A stretch of 64,000 bases of DNA from Chiloscyllium plagiosum (Eukaryota), in NCBI RefSeq assembly GCF_004010195.1, contig NC_057749.1, forward strand, positions 14,663,429 to 14,727,428, given 5' to 3'. Shown piece by piece: positions 58,807 to 64,000 of this stretch. The position numbers were made by a program, and so were the translations under genes. The notes beneath the pieces are model-generated. The model was not told the DNA's origin and ran no database searches. It saw nothing but the letters and a program-made list of their open reading frames with translations. Position 1 is the first letter of the stretch. Every line of letters begins with the position of its first letter.

Positions 58807-60094
58807 GGAACTCAGGATGAATATTAAAAAGCAGTTTGCAATCTGGACCAAAATGCCTTACGTTCCAAGCAATGAGCTCCCACACTCTGTGCTTCTACAT
58901 ATGGTGATTTGTAATGCTGATCACAGCAAAAAAGACTAAGAATCAGACAGACAAAGTACCTAATTTAGGGCTATTGCTTTATCTGCACAATTTGCAATAT
59001 GAGTTTGGGAGGACACACCAGCTGGGTTGCAATTTTTCAACAATTTTCAGTAAAGGAGAAGAATTAAAGCTGCTTCATTGAAGAGGAACACAGGCATGAA
59101 TTTGCAATGCAACCTTTATTTCCCAAGTTTCAGTAATTATTCTCCATAATCCTTTATTCATAGGTTCAACCAGCCACCTGAGAATCTGCTTAAAAGTGCT
59201 ATGTTTTATTTAAAGATGCTTTCTCAATATACTGACCTGGGAATTCAGGACTGTTTGCATGAAGCAGTTCAGCTAATACAAGATAAGCTGTTATCGCTAT
59301 TTCCGCCCCTCAGCACTGCGCTGACCCCTCATCACCTATTCCTGGCACTGGGGTGCAGTTCCACACACCACAGCGAACATCTCACAGTGCAGGAGGAGTT
59401 TGTTCAACTCATCGTGTGTGCACTGGCTCTCCAACATAGTGCCATCCTCCTGCCGTTTGCCCATGAACATTGTTTTTATACAAGTACTCATCCTTTTGAA
59501 TGTTTCAACTGAAACTGCATCTCCAGGCCCTGCAGTCCAGACTTTTACCACACGTTGTGTGAAAATGTTTTTCCCTTAAGTGTTCATTTTTCAGCTGCCA
59601 TCCCAGACGGTCAGACTCCGGTATCTGCTCAAGCACTCCTCAGATTTTTAGTCTTCATGCCAATTATCCTGATTTCCATTTCAAACTTTTCCTGACACAG
59701 GAAGCTGCAGTTGGTGAGAGAAGCAAGCAAATGCGTCACACGACTCCTTAAATAAAGCCTCCATCGATTCAATAAGCAAAGCTGTTTAACTCCAGAAGCG
59801 AGTTTCTGGCCTATCTTTTCCTATTCAATCTGTTCGATAGATTCATTTTCTTTGCGCATTAAATGGCATTATGACTTGGGATAATTTAAAATAAAATTGC
59901 ATGGTCTGAGTAATGTGGGGCAGGGTTTTGGGGGGCTGGAGTTGTGTTTGATCAGTTGGACTATGAAGCCTGGAGCTCTGCCATGTAGATTTGGAGAATT
60001 TTCTGGCCCAGAAGGAGACCATTCAACCCCTGGTGTCTGTACTGGTTCCTTTAAAGAGAAAAGGTGAGAAAGGCTTCCATCCACTGGATAACTC

Positions 60095-60210
60095 AAAAGA
60101 GCTTATGCTCAAAACACCGATTCTCCTGATCCTCGGATGCTGCCTGACCTGCTGTGCTTTTCCAGCACCACACTTTTTGACTCTGATCTCCAGCATCTGC
60201 AGTCCTCACT
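60095..60210 (+). mobile_element. Penelope-derived family-1 end fragment
   Basis: GCTTATGCTCAAAACACCGATTCTCC..TGATCTCCAGCATCTGCAGTCCTCACTTT. Confidence 0.8.
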
Positions 60211-60224
60211 TTAACTCAGAAGCA

Positions 60225-60610
60225 TGTCAGGCAGATGTGTGGCTTAAATGCAGTGTTATAGATTAGGGGAGTGGGTCTGTGTGGGATGTTCTTCGAAAGA
60301 TCAATGTGGACTTGATGGGCCAAATGGCCTGCTTCCACACTGTAGGAATTCTTCATAGAAGCAGGCCATTCAGCCCATCAGGTTCACACAGGCCCCTCCA
60401 AACAGCACCCCACCCAGACCCAGTCCTGTACCTGTCCCTACATTTCCCACGGCCAATCTACCTAACCTGCACATAGTTGGACTGTGTGAGGAAACCCATG
60501 CAGACACAGGGAGAACGTGCAATCTCCACACAGACAGTCGCCCAAGGTTGGAACTGAATCTGGGTCCCTGGAACTGTGAGATAATAGTACTAAGTATTGA
60601 GCCACTCTAC
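60225..60610. mobile_element. Tail-to-tail HE1 fragments (+ 60225-60352; - 60353-60610)
   Basis: HE1 tail, then reverse V-domain and head. Confidence 0.85.
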
Positions 60611-60869
60611 CATTTAAATAGGTGTAGGCAATGAGATAATGTAGGAAGTGCAGCAGCAAACTGCTGCAATTTTCTCTTTCCCTTTCATTTCCCTGCAAAC
60701 ATTTGCTTTTCAAGTATTTACCCAGTTACATTTCAAACCTTATTATTAAATCTGCTTCTACTGCCCTCTCAACAGTGTATGCCAGTTTGCAACAACTGGC
60801 TGCTTTAAAACAAAATGCTCCTGATCTTTATCTCTTGTTTTTGTCAATTATCTCAAAATAGTTCCATCG

Positions 60870-61560
60870 CAGCAGCTGCTACAATTTAAATTCAATTCAT
60901 AAGATCTGGAATTGAAAGTCTCTTGTGGTGCAGTGGTAATGTCCCTACCTCTGAGCCAAGAGGCCTGGGTTCAATTTCCATCTGTCAGATAGGCGTGTAA
61001 TGATGTCTCTGAACCTGTTGATTAAGACAAAGTATGTACAGGAAGAAATGTGGAATTGAAAGCTAACCTCAATAATGGTGCCCTATCACTATCATCAATT
61101 TTCATGAAACACTACTGGTTGACTAAGTCAAACACAGAAACTGGTGGAAAAACTCAGCAGGTCAGGCAGCATCTGTGGTGAGAAAGCGCAGTTAATGATT
61201 TGAGTTCAGCGACTGTTCTGATGAGAAATCACTGGACTTGGAATGTTGACTCTGTTTCTCCCTCCACAGATGCTGCAGGACCTGTTGAGTATCCCCCCCC
61301 CCCCCCCCCCAATTTCTGTGTTTGTTTCAGATCTCCAGCATCTGCAATTCTTTGTTTTACTTTGGTTTCCTGACTGCCTTTAGGGAAGGAAATCTGTCAC
61401 TGTTACCCGGCCTGGCCTACATATGACTCCAGATTCACAGCAATGTCGAGCTGCATCTTGACTCCCCTCTGAAATGACCCTGGTGAGCCCCTCAGCTCGA
61501 CAGCAGTTTGAGATATGCAACAGATGCCAGCTTTACCAATACACATACATCCTGAGAAAG
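60870..61560 (+). mobile_element. tRNA-headed SINE derivative with a nested short SINE (60920-61025) and a Penelope family-2 palindrome (61130-61360)
   Basis: TGGAATTGAAAG occurs on both sides of the first insert; TTTAGGGAAGGAAATCTG..GACTCCAGATTCACAGCAATG. Confidence 0.7.
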
Positions 61561-61639
61561 AAGAAACCTCGATATTTCCTCCTGTGAGTTGACTTGTTCA
61601 ATACAGTCTCTCCCTGGTTATTACACGGCAAAAATAAAG

Positions 61640-62055
61640 TGGATCTGTGGCTTAGGTGGCACCCCTTGCCTCTGTGTTAAAATCCTACTCAAGTCAAAAA
61701 ATCAAAGATGACTATTCAGGAGAGTGCTGCACTATGAATCCTTCAGATGAGATGTTAAACCATGCTCCCATCTAGCCATTTGAATGGATTTGGAAAATCC
61801 CATTGTATTATTTTAGAGAACAGCAGGGGAGTTATCACCAGTGTCCTGGTCAATATCCATCCCTCCAGCAACATCATGGTAATAAACAGATTCTCTGGTT
61901 ATCATTACATTGCTGTTTGTGGGAGCTTGCTGTGTCCAAACTGGCTGCTGTTTATCCATCATGACAAGAGTGACGCGGGATTTCAGAAGCAGCTAATTAG
62001 CTGCAAAGCCACATTGAAATGTCTGGTGGGTGCTACATAAATGCAAGTCTTTCTC
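61640..62055 (+). mobile_element. DeuSINE-like element
   Basis: GAGTGCTGCAC..GATGAGATGTTAAACC..GTGTCCTGGTCAATAT..ATAAATGCAAGTCTTT. Confidence 0.8.
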
Positions 62056-62719
62056 CCAGCACAAGGCTTGGAAACTAATCAACATCCATTGAATTCGGAC
62101 TCGCTCAGAACCTATGTGCTTTCTCGGTGTTAAAATCTGACCCATGACTGTGAACTGTCATTAATTTTCACATCAGATAAATTGTTGGACCAACTCCAAG
62201 AAGTTCTTTCAAGGAAATAACTTGCAATGGAAGAGCTGCATTTTATCGCCCTATTTATATATTGCACCTTCATGGGGGTAAACACTAAAAAAAATGAAAT
62301 AGGAAATAAAAATATAAATTGATTTTTCTCATTGAACATTGACAAGCCGACACATGACTTAAAATGCTGACTAGCAGTTTTAAAAAGCTGATAGTTGGTA
62401 CACATGGATCTTAAAGCTTAGAGCACTGCAGTTAGCTTTAACTCCAAACTCTCTCTGTGCACCATTGGGTGGATACTAAGCTGAGGTGAATGTCAGTACA
62501 GACAACTGCAATGATCTAATTTAATTGCAGAATAGGCTTGAAGGGCTGAATGGCCTGCTCCTGTTCCTATGTTCCTGTGATATTTATCCTGGGAGTATGA
62601 ACAGAATACCCACTCCCCCATCAAATTCCACCCCTCTAAACTAAAATGCCCCAAAATGTACTCAGCATTTTGACTGTGGGGTCCACAATGCTCTGTAGGA
62701 GTTTGCAATAAATTATAAA

Positions 62720-63690
62720 TGGCTGTTTGACTCAGATGGTTATAGGTTCAAGTCCTAATCCAGTCCCACCGATGCTGCCTGTGCAAGATCCTGTGAATCC
62801 ACTGGGAAGAAAGATGCACCAACACAGGCATCCTTGACCAGGCCAATATCCCCAGCATCGAGGCACTGACCCGCCCGCCCTCACTCCTTATTTGGCTACG
62901 AGGGGCTGGGCACATCATCCCCACGACTGACATGAGGCTCCACAAGTAGGTGCTCTACTCCCAGCTCCGAGACAGCAGGTAAGCCCGAGGTAGACAAAGT
63001 GCTACAGGGATACCGTCAAAGTCTCACTAGGGAAGTGCAGCATTCCCACAGACACATAGGAATCACCGTGCCAAGACTTTCCAGGGTTGGGGAGGAGCAT
63101 CCGGGGCACCTCGAGGCTTGCCGTTGGGAAAAAGCAGAAGCCGGGCGTAAACAGTGAAAGGAACGTGCTTCCACATCAATGCCCTACCCACCCCATTCCC
63201 AAGACCACCTTCTGCCCCAAGTGTAACAGAGTCTGTGGTATCCCCATCAGTCTGTACCGCCATGACAGTGGGAGAGAGTCATCCTCGTCTGTGAGGGATC
63301 ACCGATGAATGAATGAATCCAGAAAGGTACACATGACATCTGGCCTGATCCTGCAATGCCTGTACTGAGGATCGGCTACACTGTCAAAGACGCTGCCTTT
63401 TAAATGGGACATTAATGTGAGACATCGACTCACTGTTCAGATGAATGTTTCCCTTCCAGCATTTGAAGAAAAACAGTAGAATTCTTTCAACATCCTGAAA
63501 AATACTTATCTGTCGAACAACACAATCAAAAACAGATCATCTGGCCATTTATCTCAATGCTGCTTGTTAGACATTACATTGTATAAATTTACCTACGATG
63601 GTGATTTAGAAATAAATCATTGAGAATAAAAGCACTTTGGGATGTTGCAAGGATCTTAAAGATATCAGATAAAAGCAAGTCCTGTCTTTC
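62720..63690 (+). mobile_element. DeuSINE-like host of the RTE insertion
   Basis: Head GACTCAGATGGTTATAGGTTCAAGTCC resumes with TGTACTGAGG..AAAGCACTTTGGGATG. Confidence 0.7.
62764..63315 (+). mobile_element. RTE-clade LINE 3' fragment
   Basis: CLCKIL*IHWEERCTNTGILDQANIPSIEAL..AGHI..VLYSQL; FCPKCNRVC; (GAAT)n tail; TSD AATCCAG at 62757-62763 and 63316-63322. Confidence 0.88.
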
Positions 63691-63963
63691 AGTCCACAGC
63701 CAAACATTCCTGAGAAACATCCTCATAATCATTGATAACAGCTTCACATTGATTGATGTGTTCATTGAATGGTCAATAATCACTCTCATGCGTTTCCGTT
63801 TTCCACCTTCACTAATGGGCTTTCTATCATTTTATACATTCATATAGATGGGAGACTGGGGAGATCAGTGGAAAGGGCACAGTCTGAAGTCATTTTCAAA
63901 CAGAAACTTTATAATTTGATTGCTCCTTCAGGTTAAGGTGGGGGCGGGGGAGGTTGGTGGCGA

Positions 63964-64000
63964 TGCAGCACGATGGCTCAGTGGTTAGCATGGCTGCCTG
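63964..64000 (+). mobile_element. HE1 SINE 5' end (runs off the window)
   Basis: GCAGCACGATGGCTCAGTGGTTAGCATGGCTGCC. Confidence 0.85.

Noticed and set aside
61293..61310. C18 homopolymer / G-quadruplex candidate
   Set aside because: A simple slippage run inside a repeat; its length may be a sequencing artefact.

Overview
This is eukaryotic, repeat-dominated DNA, almost certainly from a shark: it carries HE1 V-SINEs and their HER1/CR1 partner LINEs, and a carpet-shark-like origin is my inference. I could not recognise any host protein-coding gene. The ORFs I can assign are fragments or antisense read-throughs of retroelements and tandem repeats. Elements present: many HE1 SINEs, HER1-type and other CR1 LINE fragments, Rex1/Babar LINE fragments and non-autonomous relatives, DeuSINE-like elements, L2 remnants, one RTE, one Tx1/L1 3' end, solo-LTR-like elements, and several Penelope-derived fold-back elements with hammerhead-ribozyme-like cores. 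The most notable observations are: (1) a CR1-group LINE with a tRNA-like Pol III head and no room for ORF1, whose head and tail are joined in an abundant short SINE-like derivative; (2) ~210-bp Penelope-type palindromes with hammerhead cores, 13-15-bp TSDs and a constant 34-nt unpaired tail; (3) a template-switch rearrangement at 50.56-51.36 kb; (4) three CTCF-like motifs in divergent orientation at 9.7-16.3 kb; (5) a candidate 24-nt microexon at 52749-52772. Family names come from recognising the sequence by eye, not from a database search, and many boundaries are approximate.
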